Notes: a model not told the origin generated them from the letters alone. DNA of 44,165 nt from Actinomycetes bacterium (GCA_036560395.1 DATBRJ010000111.1:1-44165), one strand, 5' to 3'. Counted from the stretch's first letter, positions 17,066 through 26,354 are shown. Numbers and translations: made by a program.

Positions 17066-19618
17066 GTGCCGGGTATGAATCTCACCCGCGACGAGGCGGC
17101 CGCCCGCGCCGCCCTGGTCGACGTCGAGTCCTACACAGTCGAACTCGATCTCACGACGAGCGAGACCACCTTCCGGTCGACGACGATGATCCAATTCACC
17201 TGTCGCGAGGCAGGCGCGTCGACCTTTGTCGACCTCGTCGCTCCATCGGTCCATGAGCTCACGCTCAACGGACGGGCACTCGATCCGGCAACCGTGTTCG
17301 ACAACGTGCGGATCCAGCTAGACGATCTTGCCGACGACAACGAGCTGCGAGTCGTCGCCGACTGCTCGTACATGAACACCGGCGAAGGTCTGCACCGCTT
17401 TGTGGACCCTGTGGACAAATCGGTCTACCTCTACACCCAATTCGAGGTCGCCGATGCACGGCGGGTCTATACCTGCTTCGACCAGCCCGACCTGAAGGCC
17501 AGCTGGCAGCTCACGGTGATTGCCCAGGACGACTGGAAAGTCGTGTCCAACTCACCGACGCCCACGCCACAGGCGGTCGTACCAGGCAAGGCGTTGTGGG
17601 CGTTCGAGTCGACGCCGCGGCTCTCGACGTACATCACGGCGCTTGTCGCCGGTGCCTATCACGTCGAGCGCGACGAGCACAGGATCGGAGACCAGGTGGT
17701 CCCGCTCGCTGCCTATTGCCGCCGGTCACTCGCCGAACACCTGAAATCTGCGGCCATCTTCGAGGTCACGAAGCAGGGTTTCGACTATTTCTACGAGAAG
17801 TTCGACTACCCCTATCCGTTCGTGAAATACGACCAGCTCTTCGTCCCCGAGTACAACGCGGGCGCGATGGAGAACGCGGGCTGCGTGACGATCCTCGAGG
17901 ACTACGTCTTCCGCTCCAAGGTCACCGACGCCGCCTACGAGCGCAGAGCGGAGACGATCCTGCACGAGCTCGCCCACATGTGGTTTGGCGACCTCGTCAC
18001 GATGAAGTGGTGGGACGACCTGTGGCTAAATGAGTCGTTCGCCACCTATGTATCGGTCCTTTGCCAGTCGCAGGCCACCCGGTGGCGGGGCGCGTGGACG
18101 ACGTTCGCCAACGTTGAGAAGACGTGGGCGTACCGGCAGGACCAGCTACCTTCCACCCACCCAATCGTCGCGGACATCAACGACCTCGAAGACGTCGAGG
18201 TGAACTTCGACGGCATCACCTACGCTAAGGGCGCCTCGGTTCTCAAGCAGCTCGTCGCGTGGGTGGGCGTGGATCACTTCTTCGACGGCATGCGCGGCTA
18301 TTTCAAGCGGTACGAATGGGGCAACACGACGCTCGCCGATCTTCTCGCCATCCTCGAGGAGACCTCGGGCCGCGACTTGTCGACATGGGCCAAGGAGTGG
18401 CTCGAGACCCCAGGCGTGAACACGCTGCGGCCGGAATTCGCCGTCGACGACGAGGGGCGGTTCACCTCCTTCGCCGTCTTGCAGGAAGCGCCCGTCCAGT
18501 GGCCAACGCTGCGTTCTCATCGGATCGCGATCGGCCTCTACGACCGTGATGACCTGGGCCGGATCGTGCGGCGGGATCGTCTCGAGCTCGACGTTTCGGG
18601 ACCCCGGACCGAAGTTGCAGAGCTGAGCGGCATCCTGAAGCCAGATCTGATCCTGCTCAACGACGACGATCTGACATACGCGAAGATCAGACTGGATGCG
18701 GACTCACTAGCACTCGTGACCGAGTCAGTCGGGTCGATCAGCGAGACTCTCCCTCGCGCTCTTTGCTGGGCAGCAGCCTGGGATATGACCAGGGATGCCG
18801 AGATACCGACCAAGGACTACGTCCGTCTCGTCCTCGCCGGCATCGGCCAGGAGTCCGACATCGTCGTCGTCCAGTCTCTGCTGCGGCAGACCTTCGCGGC
18901 CCTCGACCACTTCGCCGATCCGGCTTGGCGCTCGACCGGTCTCGCTCAGCTCGCGGCCGCTGCCCGTGCGCACCTGACCGACGCTGAACCCGGCAGCGAC
19001 CATCAGCTTGCTTGGGCCCGTGCGTTCGTGAACGCGGCAACGAGCGACGAGGATCTCGGCTACGTCCGGGCGCTCCTCGGCGGCACCGACACCGTCGAGG
19101 GCCTCGTCATGGATGCTGACCTGCGCTGGCACCTGCTCACCAGGCTGGTCGAGACCGGTGTCGCCGGCGAGCGGGACGTCGATGCTGAGCTGGATCGCGA
19201 CAACACGGCGACCGGGCAGCGACATGCGGCGGGAGCGCTGGCCGCCCGGCCCAACCCGGCGGCGAAGGGCGAGGCGTGGGAATCCGTGGTCTCCAGAGGT
19301 GATCTGCCCAACGCCATCCAGGCGTCGATCATCGGTGGCTTCACCAGTGCTGACCAGCTCCACCTGCTTGAGCCGTATTTCGAGAAGTACTTCGAATCGA
19401 TCAAGGACGTTTGGGCACTCCGCACCAACGAAATCGCCCAGCAAATCGTGATCGGGCTCTACCCGGCCTTGCGTGTCGACGAGTCGACGCTCACCCGCAC
19501 CGATCGCTACCTCGCCGAGGAGGACCCGGTGCCCGCGTTGCGGCGGCTCCTCGTCGAGGGCCGAGACGGGGTGGCCCGAGCGCTGCGTGCCCGGGCCTGT
19601 GACGCCGCAGCGAGCTAA
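17066..19618 (+). CDS. pepN: aminopeptidase N (M1 family)
   Basis: GAMEN exopeptidase motif and HELAHMWFGD...WLNESFA zinc motif. GTG at 17066 lies 8 nt after AGGAGA. ATG 17075 and tracked start 17015 are alternatives. Confidence 0.9.
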   Translation: MPGMNLTRDEAAARAALVDVESYTVELDLTTSETTFRSTTMIQFTCREAGASTFVDLVAPSVHELTLNGRALDPATVFDNVRIQLDDLADDNELRVVADCSYMNTGEGLHRFVDPVDKSVYLYTQFEVADARRVYTCFDQPDLKASWQLTVIAQDDWKVVSNSPTPTPQAVVPGKALWAFESTPRLSTYITALVAGAYHVERDEHRIGDQVVPLAAYCRRSLAEHLKSAAIFEVTKQGFDYFYEKFDYPYPFVKYDQLFVPEYNAGAMENAGCVTILEDYVFRSKVTDAAYERRAETILHELAHMWFGDLVTMKWWDDLWLNESFATYVSVLCQSQATRWRGAWTTFANVEKTWAYRQDQLPSTHPIVADINDLEDVEVNFDGITYAKGASVLKQLVAWVGVDHFFDGMRGYFKRYEWGNTTLADLLAILEETSGRDLSTWAKEWLETPGVNTLRPEFAVDDEGRFTSFAVLQEAPVQWPTLRSHRIAIGLYDRDDLGRIVRRDRLELDVSGPRTEVAELSGILKPDLILLNDDDLTYAKIRLDADSLALVTESVGSISETLPRALCWAAAWDMTRDAEIPTKDYVRLVLAGIGQESDIVVVQSLLRQTFAALDHFADPAWRSTGLAQLAAAARAHLTDAEPGSDHQLAWARAFVNAATSDEDLGYVRALLGGTDTVEGLVMDADLRWHLLTRLVETGVAGERDVDAELDRDNTATGQRHAAGALAARPNPAAKGEAWESVVSRGDLPNAIQASIIGGFTSADQLHLLEPYFEKYFESIKDVWALRTNEIAQQIVIGLYPALRVDESTLTRTDRYLAEEDPVPALRRLLVEGRDGVARALRARACDAAAS

Positions 19619-19625
19619 AGTCGCA

Positions 19626-20315
19626 CTAGGCGGCCTCGACGGCCCGGGGCGCCGGGACGTCGGCCGGCTCGACCCGCCGGGACCGGACCGCGTCGTAGAG
19701 CAGCACGGTGCCCAGAATCTGAGCCAGATGGTAGAGAGAGGTCGGATCCAAGCCCAGGGCCTCGGTCATCCTCGGGTCAAGTGCCTTGAGTCCGGCGGCG
19801 CCCCCGCTGGTCAGGATCGCGAGCACCATCGCGGGCGCCATCGGGTGCCGGCGCCAGGCGGCCCAGCCCCAGAGGGCCAGCACGCTGAGCATGGTGAGGC
19901 TTTCGCACGCGAGGATGGCTCCGACCCCGGCGTGCCCGGTGACTGCGACGACGAGGTAGGCCGAAAGGCCGAACGACCGCAGGATCCAGAACGCCCGCGC
20001 CCGCCCGGGTCCGAGCACATCGGCGACGGTCGCCGCGAGGACATAGGACACCGCCACGACGACGATCACGCTGATGATCGTCCAGCTGATCTGTCCTGCC
20101 CGCTCCCATCGGTTGAACACTCCGTGGTGTACCGCACCGGCCAGCGCGGCGACACTGAACCACCAGAACGCCGTCCGCCAGTAGCGGTTGGCGGTACGAA
20201 ACCCAGCCCGAGACCCCGCCGAGCCGATCGCCTCCTGGCGGAGCCGGATCGCCAGGATCAGCGTGATCAGTCCCAGCGCGAGATCGGTCAGCGACTGCGC
20301 GGGCTCGTAGAGCAC
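19626..20315 (-). CDS. integral membrane protein, unknown function
   Basis: Six to seven hydrophobic segments. Protein-like, whereas the overlapping + strand ORF 19473..20555 is Arg/Pro-rich noise. Confidence 0.7.
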   Translation of the reverse strand: MLYEPAQSLTDLALGLITLILAIRLRQEAIGSAGSRAGFRTANRYWRTAFWWFSVAALAGAVHHGVFNRWERAGQISWTIISVIVVVAVSYVLAATVADVLGPGRARAFWILRSFGLSAYLVVAVTGHAGVGAILACESLTMLSVLALWGWAAWRRHPMAPAMVLAILTSGGAAGLKALDPRMTEALGLDPTSLYHLAQILGTVLLYDAVRSRRVEPADVPAPRAVEAA

Positions 20316-20521
20316 ACTCCAACGCTACGTCCTCGCGCCCGACATGCGGCCGTGCCTTTCTGCCGGCTACCCCCGCCCAACAGCAGCGGATCATGCATTC
20401 GCACGCATGCCCTGCACATTCAGCGGCCTGGCGAAGTTGGCGTGGGCATGCCTGATCTGGAGAAGAATGGCTCGTCACGCGCCCCACTCGGCCTGCCCTG
20501 TGCCTCCACGTGCCTTGAAGG

Positions 20522-20983
20522 CTACGGATTGTCCAGATGGAGGCTGCGCGGGTGACGAGCCTGCTCGCCGAGCAGGACGATGCCGCTGGCGATCCCGCCC
20601 GACAGGTCGCCCGCAGCGAACGCGCTCGTCATGCTCGCCGTGGCGAGCATGCACGCTCGGTCGTCGAGGTTTCTCGCAGCGACCCTGCCCGTGACGATCT
20701 CCAGTCGGCGCTGCGTCGGGTCGACGACGACCACGGCGGATTGCTCGGGGTCAGGAAGAGCCGCGAGCAGCTTCCGCGCGAAGGCCCTCGGGTCGCCGGT
20801 CGGGGGACCGACGTACACGGTGAAGCTCAGACCACTTTCCCGCTGTGCTATATCGATGGCGCGGTTGATCTCGTCCTGCTGCCGAGGAGTGAGGACCTCA
20901 CCATCGAGCACTGGCTCCGCCCCCCTCAGAGGCAGGCTCGCTGGTGGAATCGCCGGGCGCCGCCTCGATGGCCCGGCCGCCAC
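20522..20983 (-). CDS. DUF5130-like (TPM-fold-like) protein
   Basis: LTPRQQDEINRAIDIAQRESGLSFTVYVG...VVVVDPTQRRLEIVTG. GTG 20983 is the tracked start. GTG 20911 is an alternative that shortens the overlap with the upstream gene to 14 nt. Confidence 0.7.
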   Translation of the reverse strand: MAAGPSRRRPAIPPASLPLRGAEPVLDGEVLTPRQQDEINRAIDIAQRESGLSFTVYVGPPTGDPRAFARKLLAALPDPEQSAVVVVDPTQRRLEIVTGRVAARNLDDRACMLATASMTSAFAAGDLSGGIASGIVLLGEQARHPRSLHLDNP

Positions 20984-21326
20984 TCATGGTCGAGCCGGAG
21001 GGAAGCTGCAGATCCCGCGGGGCGCCGAAGACCAGCGGCGGTCCCTGCCACCCGCGATCGGCGCGATAGCGCGGCCCGCGCGCGATGGACGGCGCGGAGA
21101 CCAGCAACGCGATGAGCAGGAAGAGCGCCACTGGGATGACGCCGAAGATCAGCAGCGTCTCCAGCGCGCTCAGCCCCTTCCCCGGGTCATCGCCGTCGTC
21201 GCGGTGAGCCGCGAACGCCGGCGAGCCGAGCAGGACAACGCCAAACGTGGCGCCGGTCACGGCCGCCGCACGGAGCACGGTACGAATGGTCACAGCAGAA
21301 CGGTAGTCGACACGATCACCGACCAC
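20898..21326 (-). CDS. hypothetical membrane-anchored protein
   Basis: Signal-like LRAAAVTGATFGVVLLGSPAFA plus a second TM segment, LLIFGVIPVALFLLIALLV. Overlaps the DUF5130-like gene, suggesting an operon. Confidence 0.5.
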   Translation of the reverse strand: MVGDRVDYRSAVTIRTVLRAAAVTGATFGVVLLGSPAFAAHRDDGDDPGKGLSALETLLIFGVIPVALFLLIALLVSAPSIARGPRYRADRGWQGPPLVFGAPRDLQLPSGSTMSGGRAIEAAPGDSTSEPASEGGGASARW

Positions 21327-21362
21327 ACTGGGGACTCCCCGATGGCGTAGCCGTTGGGCGGG

Positions 21363-23567
21363 CTAACCCAATGCAACCGCGAGAGCGTGGGCGAGCTCGC
21401 GGACCAGCGGTTCAGCGGCGAGATCCTCGAGGAGCACGGGCTTGCCTTCGCTGTCGGTCAGCGGCAGCCGCCAGTTCGGGTACTCGTCGATTGTCCCGGG
21501 AAGGTTCACCGGACGGCGGTCACCGACAGCATCCGCTACCGAGACGCCGACGAGCAGCGCGGGCGTACGGGCGAGGAACCGGTGCAGCGCGACCATGACC
21601 TCGCGTTCCGTGGCGTTCGGGCGCAGCAGCCGCAGCTGCCGGAGCAGCTCGAGCCACTCCTCGACCGACCTGGCGTGAGCCTGTGCGATCTGCTCGTACG
21701 GCTGGGTCAGCAATCCGAGCCGGTCGGCCAGGCGCAAATGCTCTCCCTTCAGATACGAACCGACGGGGGGAAGGTCGTGGGTGTCTACGGTGGCGAGGCA
21801 CAGGCGGCGCCACCGCTGCGGGGCCAGCGGTCCATCACGGTCTCGCTCGAACCACAGCACCGATGTGCCGAGCATCCCGCGCTCGCGCATGTGCTCCCGA
21901 ACCCACGGCTCGACGGTGCCCAGATCCTCGCCGATCACGACCGCGCCTGCTCGTTGCGCTTCAAGTGCCAAGATCCCAACCATGGCCTCGTGGTCGTACC
22001 TGACATACGTGCCCTCGTTCGCAGGCCTGCCCTCAGGAACCCACCACAGCCGGAACAGGCCCATCACGTGATCAACGCGTACCCCGCCGGCGTACCGGCA
22101 GATCGAACGCACGACATCGCGGTAGGGCAGATAGCCGGCCTCAGCCAGCCGGTTGGGCTGCAACGGCGGCTGGGACCAGACCTGGCCGCGCTGGTTGAAC
22201 TCGTCAGGCGGGGCACCGACCGACATCCCCTTCGCCAGGACGCGCTGCAGGGCCCAGCTGTCCGCACCCTCGGCGTGGACGCCGACGGCCAGATCGTGGA
22301 CGATGCCGAGCGGCATTCCTGCGTCGGCCGCGGAGCGGGCGGCTGCGGCTCGCTGCTCGTCGAGCAGCCACTGCAGCCAGGAGTGAAAGTCCACCCGGCC
22401 CGCAAGCTCCCGGGACGCAGCTGCCACGGCTGGGGTTTCTGGCCGCTGCAGCTCCGGCGGCCAGGTGCTCCAGCGAGTTCCGTGCACCTCGGCGAGCGCG
22501 CACCAGGTGGCGAAATCGCGAAGCGCGCGCCCTTCGGCCTCGACGAAGCTCCGGTATGCGGCCTCGCGGCCGGGGCTGCGCACAACCTCGTAGACCAGCT
22601 CAAGGGCTGCGCGTTTCGCAGTCCAGAGGGCGTCGCGGTCGAGGAGGTCATCCGTGAGGTTCTGCGACGCCGTCACAATAGCGAGCTCGTCGATCCGCGC
22701 TCGCTCGGCCGGGCCGAGGTAGCTGTACTCCGGGATCGCCTCGATCCTGAGATAGAGCGGGCTGGCGAACCGACGGCTCGTCGGCAAATAAGGCGATGGC
22801 TCGATCGGAGATACCGGCTCGGTCGCATGCAAGGGGTTGACAACGACGAACCCGGCACCCAGCGTCCGCCCAGACCAGGCAGCGAGGTCGGCCAGGTCGA
22901 CGAGGTCCCCGATGCCCCATGACCTGCGGGAGCGCAGGGCGTATAGCTGCGTCGTCCAGCCCCACAGCCGATGCTGATCCACCGGATCCGGGAGCTGCAG
23001 GCGGCCGGGCACGACGACGAGAACGCAGCGGCCGCTGCGCTTCTCACCGCCGCCGGCGACCCGGACGCGAAGGCTGTGCCAGCCGAGGGGCAGATCCGCG
23101 GGCAACTGCCAGGTCAGCTCCGCGACCTCGCCGCCGTGGTGCAGGGTCGCGACCTGGGGCTCGGCGCCGGGAACGGCCGACACGTCGGTACGTACTCCGC
23201 CGGCCTCGAGCTCGACCCAGACCTCCGCGTCGCGGCCGACCGGGACGTGGACGCCGAACCGAGCCGGCGTGCCCGACCGGACGACGAGCGAGGGCGGCAG
23301 GATCCGGCGCAATCGCTCGTGCCTGCGTGCCGACAGCGCTGCGGACGGGTCACGTGCGTTGACGCCGAGTGCGGCCAGGACGGAGACGAGGGTTGCCCGC
23401 GGTACGAAGCTGTGTCTGCCCTGCCAGTCCCAGAACTCGGTCGCGACACCCAGTTCCCGGCAGAGGCCCGCGAGCTCCGGCTCGGGTGCCGGACGAGGAG
23501 GAGAATTAGCTGGAGCGGCTTCCTCTGGCGGCGGCACGGGCCAAGTCTTCCCGATGTCCGGCCACAC
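21363..23567 (-). CDS. malQ: 4-alpha-glucanotransferase (amylomaltase, GH77)
   Basis: VRVDHVMGLFRLWWVPEG, PYLPTSRRFASPLYLRIE. Start uncertain: GTG 23567 chosen because tracked start 23681 overlaps the amidase gene by 80 nt. Confidence 0.85.
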   Translation of the reverse strand: MWPDIGKTWPVPPPEEAAPANSPPRPAPEPELAGLCRELGVATEFWDWQGRHSFVPRATLVSVLAALGVNARDPSAALSARRHERLRRILPPSLVVRSGTPARFGVHVPVGRDAEVWVELEAGGVRTDVSAVPGAEPQVATLHHGGEVAELTWQLPADLPLGWHSLRVRVAGGGEKRSGRCVLVVVPGRLQLPDPVDQHRLWGWTTQLYALRSRRSWGIGDLVDLADLAAWSGRTLGAGFVVVNPLHATEPVSPIEPSPYLPTSRRFASPLYLRIEAIPEYSYLGPAERARIDELAIVTASQNLTDDLLDRDALWTAKRAALELVYEVVRSPGREAAYRSFVEAEGRALRDFATWCALAEVHGTRWSTWPPELQRPETPAVAAASRELAGRVDFHSWLQWLLDEQRAAAARSAADAGMPLGIVHDLAVGVHAEGADSWALQRVLAKGMSVGAPPDEFNQRGQVWSQPPLQPNRLAEAGYLPYRDVVRSICRYAGGVRVDHVMGLFRLWWVPEGRPANEGTYVRYDHEAMVGILALEAQRAGAVVIGEDLGTVEPWVREHMRERGMLGTSVLWFERDRDGPLAPQRWRRLCLATVDTHDLPPVGSYLKGEHLRLADRLGLLTQPYEQIAQAHARSVEEWLELLRQLRLLRPNATEREVMVALHRFLARTPALLVGVSVADAVGDRRPVNLPGTIDEYPNWRLPLTDSEGKPVLLEDLAAEPLVRELAHALAVALG

Positions 23568-23601
23568 ACACGACCCACCCGCCGTGCCTCGTTGCGGATC
23601 T

Positions 23602-25059
23602 TTACCAGCCGGGCGGATGCCTGCCGGCCCAGGGATCGGCCGCTTCCAGCTGTGCGGCGAGCGAGAGCAGCGCCGCCTCACCGGCGGGCTTACCGGCCAG
23701 CATCACGCCGATCGGCAGCTGCGGCGACCCGTCGCCGCTCGCGGTCCATCCGATCGGCAGCGTGATCGCCGGCTGCCCGGTGATGTTGTAGACGGAGGTG
23801 AAGGGCGTGAACGCCTTCTGGGCTTCGAAGTCGGCGGCCGGGTCCGCATCGTCTCGCAAGCCCCCGACCGGCGCCGGCGGCTGGGCAAGGGTCGGGGTGA
23901 GGATCGCGTCGTAGTCCTGCCATGCCTCGATCACCCGACGAGCGGTCGCCTGCATGGTCGCGATCGAAGCGGAGTACTCGGCTCCAGACACGCCTCGACC
24001 ACGATCGCGCAGCCAGCGCGTCAGCGGCATGAGGTTGTCCTCCTGCTCAGGTGGCACCGGAGCAAGCAATGCCAGGACCGACCACACCCGCTCGAAGGCT
24101 GGAACCGTATCTGTACCGAACGGCGGCGGAATGTCGACGATGTCATGGCCCAGCGCCGCCAAGAGTTGGCTCGCCCTGGCATAGGCGGCGAGGCAGTCGG
24201 GGTGAACGATCGTCTCGGCGATCACAGGGGCGGCGAAGCGGCCGATCCGCGCTCGGGCGGGCGCCCGCTCGGCGTGCCCGAGGAAGGTCTCCCGCGGCGG
24301 CAGCGGCGGTGCCCAGTGCGGGTCGCCGGGCATCGGGACGGCCATCAGATCCAGCATTGCCGCCGCGTCGCGTACGGTCCGGCTGATCGGTCCGTGCCAG
24401 GCGAGGCCGCTCACATCCCCGCTGATCGGTCCGTTGCTGACCCGGCCGCGCGACACCTTGAGGCCTACCAGGCCGCACGAGCTGGCCGGGGTTCGTACCG
24501 ACCCACCTCCGTCGCTTCCTTGTGCGACCGGCGCCAGACCTGCGGCGACGGCGGCGGCCGCTCCCCCGCTGGAGCCGCCGGCGTTTCGGCTGAGGTCCCA
24601 GGGTGTTCGAGCCGGCGGTGCTACGGCCGACTCGGTGTAGCAGGGCGTCCCGAACTCGGGTGTATTGGTCTTGCCGAGCACCGGCATGCCGCCGCGACTG
24701 GCGAGGAGCGTGACGACGTGGTCGTCGTACGGTGCGACGAAGTCGCGGTACGCGACGGAGCCGAGCATGCACCGCACGCCGGCCACCATGGTCAGGTCCT
24801 TGATCGCGACAGGTACCCCGAAGAGGACCGGCAGCTGCCGACTCAGCCGTCCGGATACGACCGCGGCGTGTAGGTGCTGTTCGGCCGCGAGGGCCGCGTC
24901 TCTGGCACGATCGGCCGTAACGGTGACATATGCGCCGACGTCGTCGGTGCCGCTCTCGATACGCCGCACGTAGTGCTCGACCAGCTCGACCGGCGACACC
25001 TCGCGTCGCCGGATCGCACCCGCCTGCTCGAGCGCCGTCAGCTCATGTAGCGCAGCCAC
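23602..25059 (-). CDS. amidase (amidase-signature family)
   Basis: Signature GGSSGGAAAAVAAGL and upstream K/S-cisS context. 485 aa. Confidence 0.9.
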   Translation of the reverse strand: MAALHELTALEQAGAIRRREVSPVELVEHYVRRIESGTDDVGAYVTVTADRARDAALAAEQHLHAAVVSGRLSRQLPVLFGVPVAIKDLTMVAGVRCMLGSVAYRDFVAPYDDHVVTLLASRGGMPVLGKTNTPEFGTPCYTESAVAPPARTPWDLSRNAGGSSGGAAAAVAAGLAPVAQGSDGGGSVRTPASSCGLVGLKVSRGRVSNGPISGDVSGLAWHGPISRTVRDAAAMLDLMAVPMPGDPHWAPPLPPRETFLGHAERAPARARIGRFAAPVIAETIVHPDCLAAYARASQLLAALGHDIVDIPPPFGTDTVPAFERVWSVLALLAPVPPEQEDNLMPLTRWLRDRGRGVSGAEYSASIATMQATARRVIEAWQDYDAILTPTLAQPPAPVGGLRDDADPAADFEAQKAFTPFTSVYNITGQPAITLPIGWTASGDGSPQLPIGVMLAGKPAGEAALLSLAAQLEAADPWAGRHPPGW

Positions 25060-25084
25060 CCTAGAAGTGGATCACACTGCCCGC

Positions 25085-25157
25085 CACGCCTGCGGTGTGG
25101 GTTCGGTCAGCGCAGACCGGTCCACGTCTGCGGCATGGTTCGGTCGGGGCAGACCGG
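25085..25157. repeat. two tandem copies of a unit of about 37 bp (CCACGYCTGCGG..GGTTCGGTC..GCAGACCGG)
   Basis: Hand alignment of 25085-25120 with 25122-25157 gives about 85% identity. Lies 26-98 nt upstream of the amidase start. Confidence 0.6.
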
Positions 25158-25219
25158 CGACGCCGATCTGCCCGTGGGTCCGTCATGAAGGTGCCGCTTC
25201 GTCGAACTGTGGAGAGGTG

Positions 25220-25252
25220 AGGGACACCCTCACTATGGGGTGAGGGTGCCCT
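25220..25252 (-). terminator. hairpin AGGGCACCCTCAC-N6-GTGAGGGTG(T)CCCT downstream of the HNH gene
   Basis: 13-bp stem with one bulge, read on the minus strand, 20 nt after the stop at 25272. No T-tract. Confidence 0.4.
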
Positions 25253-25271
25253 TTATGCGGAAAAACGGGGG

Positions 25272-25802
25272 CTAGGCGGTTGCCTCGGCGAGGAATGATT
25301 CGGCGCCGAAGGCGGTGAGATAGGGCAGCCACCGGGGATCATGCCGGCCGCTGCCGAGTATTCGCCACGCCGGCCCGCTCGGCGGAGCGGGCTGCCTGCG
25401 CAGCCGCCAGCCGAGCTCGCCGATTTGGCGGTCTCCTTTGACGTGATTGCACCGGCGGCAGGCCGACACGACGTTGTCCCACGTGTGAAGTCCCCCGCGG
25501 CTGCGGGGGACGACGTGGTCGATGCTCGTCGCGGGAGAACCGCAGTAGACGCACCGCCCGCCATCGCGGGCAAAGACAGCGCGCCGAGTGAGCGGTACGG
25601 CCGAACCTCGGTGCGGGATTCTGACGAATCGGGTCAGTCGCACGACCGAGGGTGCGGCGAGCGAGATCCGCTCACTGTGCAAGATCAGGTCCGCTTCCTC
25701 GAGCGTCACCGCCCGGCGCGACAGTACGAGCACGATGGCACGCCGCTGGGGCACGGTGCACAAGGGCTCGTACGTCGCGTTCAAGATCAACGCGTGGGCC
25801 AC
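25272..25802 (-). CDS. small HNH endonuclease
   Basis: CVYCGSPATSIDHVVPRSRGGLHTWDNVVSACRRCNHVKG. GTG at 25802 lies 5 nt after GAGGAGG. The tracked TTG start is at 25820. Confidence 0.85.
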   Translation of the reverse strand: MAHALILNATYEPLCTVPQRRAIVLVLSRRAVTLEEADLILHSERISLAAPSVVRLTRFVRIPHRGSAVPLTRRAVFARDGGRCVYCGSPATSIDHVVPRSRGGLHTWDNVVSACRRCNHVKGDRQIGELGWRLRRQPAPPSGPAWRILGSGRHDPRWLPYLTAFGAESFLAEATA

Positions 25803-26178
25803 TGGGCCTCCTCGTGGCAAGTCCCGGCGCGTGGCTCGCGCCGGGCCCCCTGGCGGAACCAGTTTCCCCCGATCAAGGCCCGAACTCCATGTCTTTAGAT
25901 CAAAGAGTCGAGGAAGTTATGTGCACCCCAGGTGGAGTTGACGCCGGACGAGGAGGCGGCTGCCCATCGCTCCCTCGCCGTCCACGGGTCTGGGCGGCTG
26001 CCGCGCGTTTTGACGATCCAGGGCCTCATCCGTTGGAGCTCGCTTTCACTTCGCTCCCTGGTGCATCCATCTGAGTCCCAAATGTCCGCTTTCCTGATAC
26101 AGCCGGGGCACGAAGTGATGCCGCGAGGCACGAAGTCGCAGCCCGCGACGCTGCGACAGAGGGTCGGTCGGCGGTGGC

Positions 26179-26344
26179 CTAGTGTCCCGGGTAACGAGGG
26201 TCTTTGACGGATGCCCGAGGACCGCTGGATGCATGGCAATGCCGCAGCGAGCCCTCGTAGTGGAGCTACGTGGGCGAGCGAGAACGCGGCCAGGCGCCAG
26301 CGGGACCGGGCAGACGCAAAGGTCCCTCCTCACCGGGACACTAG
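26179..26344 (+). mobile_element. copy A of a repeated element with inverted termini (candidate MITE or structured RNA)
   Basis: Termini CTAGTGTCCCGG (26179-26190) and CCGGGACACTAG (26333-26344) extend imperfectly to about 30 bp. GGTGGC flanks both ends (26173-26178 and 26345-26350). The first 71 nt are about 75% identical to the reverse complement of 39134-39203. Confidence 0.5.
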
Positions 26345-26354
26345 GGTGGCGGGC

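Noticed and set aside
19473-20555. ORF 19473..20555 (+, 360 aa)
   Set aside because: It is antisense to the membrane protein gene 19626..20315 and its translation is Arg/Pro/Gly-rich.
21354-24873. ORFs 21354..22922 (+, 522 aa) and 23269..24873 (+, 534 aa)
   Set aside because: They are antisense shadows of malQ and the amidase gene, both of which carry clear family motifs.
25895-26029. 44-aa ORF (MRPWIVKTRGSRPDPW...) upstream of the HNH gene, with high third-position GC
   Set aside because: It has no SD and no recognisable features, and the overlapping + strand frame has similar GC3. The evidence is insufficient to call a gene, so it is kept only as part of the spacer finding.
25272-26354. 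IscB/HEARO-type (omega RNA plus HNH nuclease) module
   Set aside because: The HNH protein is only about 176 aa with no RuvC-like segments. That makes it far too small for IscB. It looks like the small conserved actinobacterial HNH protein.
26178-26354. A riboswitch or RBS-sequestering leader for the oligopeptidase gene
   Set aside because: The second copy of the same element sits 215 nt from the next start codon, and its conserved core is at the 5' side. A mobile or repeated element explains both copies better. A local effect on translation of 26355 cannot be excluded.
26211-26354. Longer N-terminus for the prolyl oligopeptidase (tracked ORF start 26211)
   Set aside because: The extra 48 codons are Arg/Ala-rich and low in complexity, and they lie inside the repeat element. 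The conserved ...DPYRWLED N-terminus fits the ATG at 26355.
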